Source of the DNA: Actinomycetes bacterium
GTDB lineage: Bacteria; Actinomycetota; Acidimicrobiia; Acidimicrobiales; Bog-793
Direction: 5' to 3'
DNA length: 48,146 nucleotides
Assembly (NCBI GenBank): GCA_021791795.1
Contig: JAJYVX010000005.1
Location: 293 to 48,438 of the forward strand
The translations under genes and the position numbers were made by a program. The stretch's first letter is position 1, and each line of letters starts with the position of its first letter. Below the pieces are notes generated by a model, which saw only the letters and a program-made list of their open reading frames with translations, ran no database searches and was not told the DNA's origin. This document shows positions 1-7,881 of the stretch, in pieces.

Positions 1-996
1 CTCGACTGGCGCTTCACCATGTACGTCAACGTCGTCTTCGCCGTCGTGGCCGCCATCGGCGGGACGATCCTGCTCGCCGGCCACGAAAAAGAGGCGCGGC
101 AGCGGATCGACCGCTCCGGGACGTTGCTCGCAGGCGCCGGCATGTTCTCGATCGTCTACGGTTTCGCCAATGCCGCGACCAAGTCCGGCAGCGCCGGTTG
201 GACGGACCCGCTGACGATCTCCTTCCTCGTCGCCGGGCTGGTCTTCTTGATCGCCTTCGTCTTGACGGAGATGCGCGTGCGGCACCCCTTGCTGCCGCTC
301 AGAGTGGTCGCCGACCGCAACCGCGGCGGGGCTTATGCGGCCATGTTCCTCGCCTCGATCGGCATGTTCGGCGTCTTCCTCTTCGTGACCTACTACCTCG
401 AGACAGTCCTCGGCTACAGCCCGATCCGCGCCGGGCTCGCATTCCTCCCCCTCACCGGGGCGGTGATGGTGAGCGCCGGGCTCGCCAACACCGTGCTGAT
501 CGCCCGCTACAGCCCGCGGCTGCTCATCCCGGTCGGACTCGTGCTCGGAGCGGGAGGCATGGCGCTCATGACGAGGATCGGGCTGCACTCCTCCTACGCC
601 ACCTCGATCCTGCCGCCCCTGCTCCTCGTGGCTGTGGGGCTCGGCCTCGTCTTCGCACCGTGCTTCAGCCTCGGTACCCTCGGCGTGGCCGGGCGAGATG
701 CCGGCGTGGCATCAGCCACCGTCAACGTCGCCCAGCAGATCGGCGGGTCGATCGGGACCGCTCTTCTCAACACGATCGCCACGAGCGCGGCAGCGAGCTT
801 CGTCACCGCCCATGCCATCGGGTTGCCGTCCCGCCTCCTCCTCGCGGAAGGCGCCGTGCACAGCTACGTCGTCTCGTTCTGGGTCGGCGCCGTCATCTTC
901 CTCGGAGCGGCCGTCGTCGTGGCCCCACTCCTGCGTCCGGGCGTCCCCGACCTCGCCGCGAACGAGACCATCGAGGCACCGTCACTCGAGGGATGA
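1..996 (+). CDS. MFS transporter, DHA2/EmrB-QacA-like drug:H+ antiporter (C-terminal ~330 aa; 5' end outside window)
   Basis: The frame of ORF 19..996 is open to the window edge. It has multiple hydrophobic helices and motifs such as LPLRVVADRNRGGAY and VNVAQQIGGSIGTALL, typical of 14-TMS MFS exporters. Its stop overlaps the next start (ATGA 993-996). Confidence 0.8.
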   Translation, partial: LDWRFTMYVNVVFAVVAAIGGTILLAGHEKEARQRIDRSGTLLAGAGMFSIVYGFANAATKSGSAGWTDPLTISFLVAGLVFLIAFVLTEMRVRHPLLPLRVVADRNRGGAYAAMFLASIGMFGVFLFVTYYLETVLGYSPIRAGLAFLPLTGAVMVSAGLANTVLIARYSPRLLIPVGLVLGAGGMALMTRIGLHSSYATSILPPLLLVAVGLGLVFAPCFSLGTLGVAGRDAGVASATVNVAQQIGGSIGTALLNTIATSAAASFVTAHAIGLPSRLLLAEGAVHSYVVSFWVGAVIFLGAAVVVAPLLRPGVPDLAANETIEAPSLEG

Positions 997-1655
997 CGAC
1001 GAGCGCACATCCACGCCAGCTGAGGGCGGACGCCGCCCGCAACAGGCGTGCGCTCATGGATGCGGCGGAGCGGCTCTTCGCCGCAAGAGGGCTCTGCGTC
1101 ACGCTCGACGACATAGCGGCTGAGGCGGGCGTGAACGTCGCCACCGCTTACAGGCACTTCGCCAACAAGCACGAGCTCATCGCCGCTTCCCTCCGACAGA
1201 AGATCGACCAGGCGGTCCTCATCGCCGAAGAGGCCGCCGGCACGGAGGACCCGTGGGAGGGACTGATCCAGTTCCTCGAGCGCACGCTCGCTCTCATGAC
1301 AGAGAACCGGGCGCTGCACGACGTCTTCTTGCCCGGGCAGGGAGGCGACTGGCTGGAGCGCCTCGAGGAGAGGATGCAGCCCGTCGTGAGCCACCTGCTC
1401 CTGAGGGCGCGGGAGGCGGGCGAGGTTCGGAGCGAGCTCGAACCGGGCGACCTCGGGGTCGCGCTGCAGATGCTCGCGACCGTGGGCGACGTGCCGGTCG
1501 CCGAGCCGCCCGCCCTCCTCCGCCGCTACCTCGAGCTCCTGCTCGCGGGCATGCGCCCGAGCGACACGCCGCTTCCGGGCTCGGCGCCGAGCCCGTCCGA
1601 GGTGCTCGCCGCCATGCCCGAGGCTCGCAACCTCTCCCCGCGCCTGAGACGCTGA
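993..1655 (+). CDS. TetR/AcrR family transcriptional regulator
   Basis: The N-terminal HTH (RNRRALMDAAERLFAARGLCVTLDDIAAEAGVNVATAYRHFANKHELI) is a classic TetR signature. ATG 993 lies in frame inside ORF 198..1655 and overlaps the stop of the upstream MFS gene. Confidence 0.9.
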   Translation: MTTSAHPRQLRADAARNRRALMDAAERLFAARGLCVTLDDIAAEAGVNVATAYRHFANKHELIAASLRQKIDQAVLIAEEAAGTEDPWEGLIQFLERTLALMTENRALHDVFLPGQGGDWLERLEERMQPVVSHLLLRAREAGEVRSELEPGDLGVALQMLATVGDVPVAEPPALLRRYLELLLAGMRPSDTPLPGSAPSPSEVLAAMPEARNLSPRLRR

Positions 1656-1908
1656 TCAGGAGACTTGCCGGTCCATCTCCTCGTGCGGCCGGTTCCCGCT
1701 GCGCATCCGCACGGCCGACCTCTCGTCGCCGGAGTTCTCGCTCTCACCCCGCGGCCCCCGCACGCCTCGCCCCGGCATGCAGCAAGCCGCTCCGTGTGGC
1801 CAGATGCCAGAAAGGGGTCGCGCGAGCAGGCTCAGCCGGGCTGGGCTGGCCCCGCTCGCGCGATCCCAGGCAAGGGCGCGCCGAGACTGCCGCGGCGCGT
1901 GTGAGGCT

Positions 1909-2616
1909 ATGGCCATGCCGCGACGATTCATCCTCTGGGACATAGACGGAACGCTTCTCACGACCGGACCGGTCGGCCGGCTCGCCATCGAGAGTGGGGC
2001 GCGACTGGTAACGGGCCTCGACGAACTTCCTCACGTGGTGATGAGCGGGAAGACGGATCCGCAGATCGTGCGCGAGATCCTCTCGTCGGCGGGTGTCCCC
2101 CACCGGGAGATCGACGAGGTGCTCCCGAGAGCACTCGAGGAGTCCGAGCGGTTCCTCGAGCACGAGGGCCAGCGCATGCGGAGCGAAGGAAGAGTTCACC
2201 CGGGCGTAGCCGATCTGCTCGAGGCGCTGTCGACCACGATCAGCGTGCGCCAGTCCCTCCTCACGGGCAACATCGCTCCGAACGCGTACCTGAAGGTGCA
2301 CGCGTTCGGTCTCGAGCACTTCCTCGACCTCCCCATCGGCGCCTACGGCACCGACCACGCGGACCGCAATCTGCTCGTGCCTTTCGCCCTCCGGAGGGTA
2401 CGCGAGCTGCGGGGAGAGGACTACCGGCCAGACGAGGTGTGGGTCATCGGCGACACCGCCAACGACCTCTCCTGCGCAAGGGCAGGCGGGGTGAGGTGCC
2501 TGATCGTCGGGACCGGCCACGACGGCTTCGACGCGGTGCAGGACCTCGAAGCCGACGCCGTGCTCGAGGACCTGAGCGACACCGAACTGGTGCTGAAGAT
2601 CCTCCTCGCCAGCTGA
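1909..2616 (+). CDS. HAD-superfamily hydrolase (phosphoglycolate phosphatase-like)
   Basis: Contains HAD motif I (ILWDIDGTLL), a later GDTANDLSCARAGG (motif IV-like) and SGKTD. The internal ATG at 1909 (MAMPRRF) of ORF 1777..2616 was chosen as the start. Confidence 0.85.
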   Translation: MAMPRRFILWDIDGTLLTTGPVGRLAIESGARLVTGLDELPHVVMSGKTDPQIVREILSSAGVPHREIDEVLPRALEESERFLEHEGQRMRSEGRVHPGVADLLEALSTTISVRQSLLTGNIAPNAYLKVHAFGLEHFLDLPIGAYGTDHADRNLLVPFALRRVRELRGEDYRPDEVWVIGDTANDLSCARAGGVRCLIVGTGHDGFDAVQDLEADAVLEDLSDTELVLKILLAS

Positions 2617-2700
2617 CTGGGCGCAGGTTCCGGTCCGGGGCAGCATGGCGTCTCCCTCTACGGGTGGAAGGCGAGGGGTGACGGGGGCTTCACCGAGGGT

Positions 2701-3126
2701 CACCCGGAGATGCGGACGCGCACGGGCACCATCAGGCTCCGGGTGGAAGACGCCGCGGCCATCTCCGACGACGAGCTACGGGCGCGCGCAAGGGCGGTGC
2801 TCACCGACTGAACGCTCAGTCCCAGGTCTCTCGTGGCGCTCCTCGACCCAGATGCCGCACCGAGGGCGGACGCGGCCGCGGACGCCCTCGGTGCGCCCGA
2901 GGAGGTGTCCGGTGCTGGCAGCGTGGCAGGCTTCCTTCGGCGTGCCCGAGGCGCGAAGGCGGCCATCGACGAAGGAGAGCCTGCGCTCGTCTGGGCTCCG
3001 GGTGGCAGGCTGCGCGTGATCCTGCGGCTCTCGGCGGCAGGCAGGTCCGGCAAGGTCACCCGGATCGACGCCGTCGCCGAGCCGAGCGGGCGCGAACGCC
3101 TCGCTCCCGTCGTCACGGATCTCTGA
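2701..3126 (+). pseudogene. Remnant of SigJ-type sigma-70 factor (only the C-terminal SnoaL/NTF2-like domain), in-frame TGA at 2809-2811
   Basis: LVALLDPDAAPRAD...GEPALVWAPGGRLRVILRLSAAGRSGKVTRIDAVAEP resembles the C-terminal domain of SigJ-like ECF sigma factors. No sigma region 2/4 can fit upstream because the HAD gene ends at 2616. The same frame is interrupted by TGA 2809. Confidence 0.4.
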
Positions 3127-3248
3127 CGGCAAAACACAGCCCGTACAAACCCGACTTGAGCCGCACGCCCTCGGTCGTGGAGCCGCCGTCGTAGTCTTCG
3201 TGCCGGTGGCAGTCACGATCGACGACGTGAGGACGGTCGTAGCCGGTC

Positions 3249-3545
3249 TTCCCGGTGTCGCCCGCCGTCGCATCGACGGCGGGCCTGAGCGAGCGGCAAC
3301 TGCACCGACGGTTCCTCGCCTCCGTCGGATAGGGACCCAAGTACCTGCACCGTGTGCTCCGTTTCCAGGCTTTCCTAGGGCTCAGCGCGAGCCCTCGGCT
3401 CCGGCTGGGAGACATCGCCTACCGCTGCGGATACGCCGACCAGTCGCACCTCACAAGAGAGACCTCGTCGCTCGCCGGCCGCACACCTGGCCAGCTGCGG
3501 GCAGCCCGGGCACCAGGTGTCCGAAACGTCCAAGACTTCGCCTGA
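3249..3545 (+). pseudogene. AraC-family HTH domain remnant with in-frame amber stop (TAG 3330-3332)
   Basis: A single frame reads ..STAGLSERQLHRRFLASVG*GPKYLHRVLRFQAFLGL...LGDIAYRCGYADQSHLTRETSSLAGRTPGQL, which is both AraC HTH motifs interrupted by TAG. No intact N-terminal domain lies upstream. Confidence 0.6.
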
Positions 3546-3566
3546 CTCTTCAACTTAACCGGTGGC

Positions 3567-4431
3567 ATGACGGTCACTGCATCTCTCCAATCCGCTCGGC
3601 GATTCCTTCTCGCCGAGGCCCGGCTCCTCGAAAGGCGGGTGTTCGCCACTGTCTTCGAGGGCGCCGACGCCGGCGGAGCACTCGACGCTCTCACCGGCTA
3701 CAGGAACGAGGACGGCGGCTACGGACACGGCCTCGAGACCGACAAGCGCGCTCCGACGAGCCAACCCCTCGACGTCGAGACGGCTTTCGGAGTCATGGAC
3801 GCCGTCGGCCGTGTCGACGAGAAAGCGGTGCTCGGCGCGTGCGAATTCCTCGGGGGCATCGGTCCCGGAGTCGGATGCCTGGTCGAAAGCGCCCTCGAGT
3901 ACCCGCGGGCGCCCCACTGGCAGGAATGGGCGCTCACACCCTCGATCAATCCGACCGCCGGCATCGTCGCCCGGCTCGTCCGGTGGGGCATCGGTCACGC
4001 CTGGCGGGAGGGAGCGACGGCGTACGTCTGGGCCGAGCTCGAGGCGGGGCTGCCGAAGGACGCTCACGCGATGAGCGAGGCGCTCCTCTTCCTCGAGGCC
4101 TCCCCCGACCGCACCAGGGCGGAGGCGGTGGCGAAGGACGTCAAAGCGAAGCTGGGAGCGCTCGAGCTCTTCAACGCCGACCCGAGCGGCACCGACTACG
4201 GCCTCACACCGCTCCACCTCGCGCCGACTCCCGACAGCCGATGGCTCGGGCTCTTCGATGAGGACGTCGTCGAGGCGAATCTCGACGCGCTGGCTCAGGC
4301 GCAGCGTGACGACGGCGGCTGGCCGGCCGATCAGCTGGGAGACGGTCGGTCCCGCGGCGGTGCAGGAGAGTCGCGGTGTGGAGACGCTGCGAGCCCTTCG
4401 CACGCTGCGGGCGTTCGGGCGGCTCGCCTGA
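3567..4431 (+). pseudogene. Alpha/alpha-toroid (prenyltransferase/squalene-oxidase-repeat-like) protein with a +1 frameshift near 4327-4330
   Basis: Repeat motifs YRNEDGGYGHGLETDKRAPTSQP and RDDGGWP are present. After DDGGWPA the annotated frame becomes an Arg/Gly-rich tail. Shifting +1 at about 4330 gives ISWETVGPAAVQESRGVETLRALRTLRAFGRLA*, ending at TGA 4429-4431 and looking like a genuine C-terminus. Confidence 0.6.
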
Positions 4432-4432
4432 G

Positions 4433-5131
4433 CTACGAGCGGAAGTATGCAGCCGGCGTGAGGCCGGTCTCGCGCCGGAACGCCGACACGAAGGCGCTCG
4501 TCGACTCGTAGCCCACCTCAAAGGCGACGTTGGAGACAGCGGCACCGCCGGCCAGGGCGACCATCGCTGCCCGTATGCGCCCGAGCGAACGCCACCGCCC
4601 GAAGGGAAGGCCTGTGTCCGCGATGAATGCCCGAGCGAGCGTCCGGCTGCTCGCGCCCACCTCCGCGCCCCACTCGGCGAGTGTGCGGCGATCCGACGGG
4701 CAGACCGAGAGGGCTTCTGCGACACGGCGCGCCCGGTCGTCCGCCGGCATCGGCACGTCGACCGCGGTCGACCGGATCGGCTCGAGGAGGTCCGTCAGCA
4801 TCGCCTCGGCGTGAAGGCGGCGTCCGGCGTCGAGCGCCCGATCCTCGAGGTAGCCGATCAGCTCGGACAGGAGAGGGCGAGCCACCGAGCCACCACGGGT
4901 GTGCACTCGGTCCACACGACGGGGCACGGCTCGGGCCCGAGATAGCAGGCGCGCATCGTGGCGCCACCCTCCGACAGCGTCTCGCGCCGGACCCCGCCGG
5001 GATGAAGAGCGCTCTCGTAGGCGGGAGCACCCGGGCCGACGTCTCGCTGCGGACGACGAGGAACCGGTCGGCGCCCAGGCGAGCTGATGGTCCTCGTGCG
5101 TGTGCCACTCGAACACGAGGCCTCTCGGCAT
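4433..5131 (-). pseudogene. AraC-family regulator with N-terminal cupin domain, disrupted by three frameshifts
   Basis: Homologous segments sit in three different minus frames. In order: FEWHTHEDHQLAWAPTG (frame of 4433..5518); RFLVVRSETSARVLPPTRALFIPAG (frame of 4518..5621); GVRRETLSEGGATMRACYLGPEPCPVVWTECTPVVA (frame of 4858..5184). The reading then returns to the first frame for LLSELIGYLEDR and the intact HTH ...VGYESTSAFVSAFRRETGLTPAAYFRS. Confidence 0.7.
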
Positions 5132-5258
5132 GGCGAACGTGCAGACGACGACCGACGGCGCCTCGGCTTCCTCTTGCGCCGCACATTGTCCGTCCAGCGA
5201 CACGAGTCGGCAGCTTACGGCCTTGGCCTGGACAAGACCTGTCCGTACCCTGACGCAC

Positions 5259-5577
5259 GTGAACGCGAACCACGAGCGTCTCTGCCCGAGCCCCGAGTGG
5301 GCGCGGTACATGCAGGAAGAGGTCCTCCCCTCGGTCGTCGAAGGAGCGGATCTCGGTGAGGACATGCTCGAGATCGGCCCCGGTCCGGGAGCGGCGACGG
5401 ATTGGCTCCGCCGCCGCGTCGCACGGCTCACCGCCGTCGAGATCGACGCCGCCGCCGCCGAGCGCCTCAAAGGCAAGTTCGGCGGGACGAACGTGCACGT
5501 CGCCGTGGGCGACGCCACCTCGCTCGACTACGCCGACGGATCCTTCGACTCCGTCGGGAGCTTCACCATGCTTCGCC
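5259..5577 (+). pseudogene. Class I SAM-dependent methyltransferase, 3'-truncated
   Basis: Starts at a GTG (VNANHERLCPSPEWARYMQEEVL). It has SAM motif I (MLEIGPGPGAAT) and motif II/III-like VAVGDATSLDYADGSFDSVGSFTML, then runs into an Arg-rich nonsense tail. About 90 expected C-terminal residues are missing. Confidence 0.6.
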
Positions 5578-5952
5578 GTCGTCGGAGAGCCCGGCGCCGC
5601 GGACTGGTTCGAGCTGCACACGACGGATCACGCGCGGGCCGTCGCGTTCTACCGCGACGTCTTCGGCTATGAGATGAGCGCGGTGGCGGATACGGACGAG
5701 TTTCGCTATTTCACGTTCCGCAACCCCGGGACAGGCGAGGACTTCGGCGGGTTGATGGACTCGAAGCGCTTCCTCGCGCCCGGAGCCGAGCACTGGGACA
5801 TCTACTGGCGAGTCGACGACGCCGACGCCGCGGTCGAGAAGAGCAGGACGCTCGCGGGTTCCATCAAGCAAGATCCGGACCACACACCCTACGGAGTGCT
5901 CGTCCTCGCCGCCGACCCCGCCGGTGCGGACTTCAAGCTCAGGGCCGGTTGA
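5572..5952 (+). pseudogene. VOC/glyoxalase-family domain without its own start codon (5'-truncated)
   Basis: GEPGAADWFELHTTDHARAVAFYRDVFGYEM...HWDIYWRVDDADAAVEKSRTLAGSI...GVLVLAADPAGADFKL is a single VOC domain. I found no ATG/GTG/TTG in frame near its beginning. It directly abuts the truncated methyltransferase in a different frame. Confidence 0.55.
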
Positions 5953-6144
5953 CGACGGCGCGTGACCCTGGCGCCGCGCGGGATCTCAGCCGCCGGCACG
6001 GGTTGAGCCCCTCCGGTAGTGGGATGACGCACCGGGGCGTCGGGTCGGCGCAGTTCTGACAAGCTCCGGTCATGCCCCTTGCGACGATCTGTCGCCTGGG
6101 CGGGTGCGCCGCGACAGGCCGGTGAGCGCTGCTTTGGTCCCACG

Positions 6145-7092
6145 ATGAGGACGAGCATCCCGCTCTGGGCCTGGATCGCGGCTGTCGGCGTGATCGCGGG
6201 CCTGCTCGCCGGCGACATCGTCCTGCACCGGAACCGAGACCTCGCCGGAGTCCGCGTAGCGCTTGTCGAGAGCGCGGCGTGGATCGCCGTGTCCGTCTGT
6301 TTCGGCTTGGTGCTCGGGCTCACGTCGGGCTGGGGGCTGTCGGGTCAGTACTTCTCGGGCTACTTGCTCGAGAAGTCGCTCAGCGTCGACAACGTCGTCG
6401 TGTTCGCGCTGCTGCTACAGGCATTCCGTGTACCACCAGCCGAGCAGCGGCGCGTTCTTTACTGGGGCGTGGTCGGGGCTCTCGCCCTCCGCGGCGCCTT
6501 CGTCGCTGCAGGGGCCGCCTTCGTGGAGAACGTCAGCTGGGCCTTCTATCCCTTCGGCGCCATCGTGCTTCTCGCCGGGCTGCGCATGGCGCGCGGAGCT
6601 CCGGAGATCGACATCGAGCACGGCCGTCTCGTCTCCACGGTGAGGCGCTTCATCCCGGTCACCTCAGCCGGCGCTGACGGGCGGTTCGTCATCCGCCGAC
6701 AGGACGGCCGGCGCGTCGCGACGTCGCTACTGCTCGCTCTCGTCGTCATCGAGCTCACCGACGTCGTCTTCGCGGCCGACTCGATCCCGGCCGTCTTCGG
6801 CGTGACGACCAACGTGTTCGTCGTCTTCATGTCGAACGCGTTCGCCGTGCTCGGCTTGCGGTCGCTCTACTTCGTGTTCGCCGGAGCGATGGACCGCACC
6901 GCCAACCTGAACAAGGGGCTCGCCGTGCTGCTCGCCTTCATCGGCGTGAAGATGCTGCTCCGGCCCGTCGTCGAGATCCCCACTTCTGTCACGCTCGCCG
7001 TGATAGTCGGCGTCGTGGGGATCACCGCGGCTCTCGGCCTGCGCACGAGCGGGAGGCGCCACACGCACTCGTCGCGGGACCTTCGCCTCTAG
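6145..7092 (+). CDS. TerC-family integral membrane protein
   Basis: GYLLEKSLSVDNVVVFALLL and ELTDVVFAADSIPAVFGVTTNVFVVFMSNAFAVLGLRSLYF are the paired TerC signature repeats. The internal ATG 6145 (MRTSIPLWAW) was chosen as the start. Confidence 0.85.
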   Translation: MRTSIPLWAWIAAVGVIAGLLAGDIVLHRNRDLAGVRVALVESAAWIAVSVCFGLVLGLTSGWGLSGQYFSGYLLEKSLSVDNVVVFALLLQAFRVPPAEQRRVLYWGVVGALALRGAFVAAGAAFVENVSWAFYPFGAIVLLAGLRMARGAPEIDIEHGRLVSTVRRFIPVTSAGADGRFVIRRQDGRRVATSLLLALVVIELTDVVFAADSIPAVFGVTTNVFVVFMSNAFAVLGLRSLYFVFAGAMDRTANLNKGLAVLLAFIGVKMLLRPVVEIPTSVTLAVIVGVVGITAALGLRTSGRRHTHSSRDLRL

Positions 7093-7175
7093 CTGAGAGC
7101 CATGCACCTCCCTAGGCTCGGTTTGAGAGAGGAACGACCGGTGGGGTCCGCCACAGCTCGAGGGAGTTGGTCCGC

Positions 7176-7577
7176 ATGACTCTCACGGAGAGGCCCGCCG
7201 AACGGCCGCAGCCGCCGCCGGACGACTCGGCGACAGCGCGGCTCATCCGTTGGTCCTGGGCGATGGTTCCCGCTTTCCTGCTCATCTGGCTTCTTGCCGG
7301 GAGTCTTCTCTTCTACCTGCTCAAGGGGCCTCTCGGGCTGCAGGAAGGCGAAGTCCTCCTGATGGCCCGCAGCGTGGCCGGTTGGTTCGCCGAGGTCGGA
7401 TCCTTCCTCCTCGTCGGGGCAACGCCCCTGGCGGGCGTCGCCTTCGGGGTTGCAGCCCTCCGACGCGGGCAGTCCATCGCTCTTTCGGCTGTGGTCGTGA
7501 ACGCGGCCTTGTGGCTCCTCACGCTCTACACATTCATCGACGACATCCACATGACGTACTTTCCGAGCTGGTGGTGA
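7176..7577 (+). CDS. Hypothetical small membrane protein (3-4 predicted TM helices)
   Basis: An AGGGAG Shine-Dalgarno lies 9 nt before ATG 7176. Hydrophobic segments include WAMVPAFLLIWLLAGSLLFYLL, VGSFLLVGATPLAGVAFGVAAL and ALSAVVVNAALWLLTLY. I recognise no family. Confidence 0.5.
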   Translation: MTLTERPAERPQPPPDDSATARLIRWSWAMVPAFLLIWLLAGSLLFYLLKGPLGLQEGEVLLMARSVAGWFAEVGSFLLVGATPLAGVAFGVAALRRGQSIALSAVVVNAALWLLTLYTFIDDIHMTYFPSWW

Positions 7578-7597
7578 GCCAGGCTCGTCCCGCTCGG

Positions 7598-7881
7598 TCA
7601 GTCGCCTGACCCACGAGCCGGTATCCGACGGCCGGGTCGCTCTGGAGGACCTCGCCGCCCTCGTCGTCGAGCTTCCGCCGTGTTCGATATGCGACACCTT
7701 GAGTAGTTGGTCTCGGTCCTGTACCCCGGCCCCCACACGTTCTCGAGGAAGATCCTGCGCGTGCGACCTTCCCGGCGTGGCGAGCGAGGTACGCAAGGAA
7801 GTCGAACTCCTTCGGCGCGAGGTCGAGCGATCGGCCCTCGAGGGTCACCTCCCGACGTACGAGATCGAGTCGGAGGCGGCG
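7598..7881 (-). pseudogene. OmpR/PhoB-type winged-helix DNA-binding domain remnant (no receiver domain, frameshifted)
   Basis: Reads RLDLVRREVTLEGRSLDLAPKEFDFLAYLARHAGKV. The expected continuation RIFLENVWGPGY is in a second frame, and TRRKLDDEGGEVLQSDPAVGYRLV is back in the first frame. It starts immediately after the MMPL stop codon. Confidence 0.55.

Noticed and set aside
198-992. N-terminal 265 codons of ORF 198..1655
   Set aside because: This part overlaps the MFS transporter in another frame and is Arg/Pro-rich. TetR similarity starts only at ATG 993.
3200-4261. 353-aa plus-strand ORF overlapping the AraC remnant and the alpha-toroid gene
   Set aside because: Its composition is extremely Arg/Pro-rich and it is out of frame with two regions that show real protein-family similarity.
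2640-5952. Sequencing or assembly error as the explanation for all frameshifts and stops
   Set aside because: Not fully excluded. However, more than ten ORFs of 1.4-2.8 kb elsewhere in the window are uninterrupted. Several lesions are nonsense substitutions or large truncations rather than homopolymer indels.
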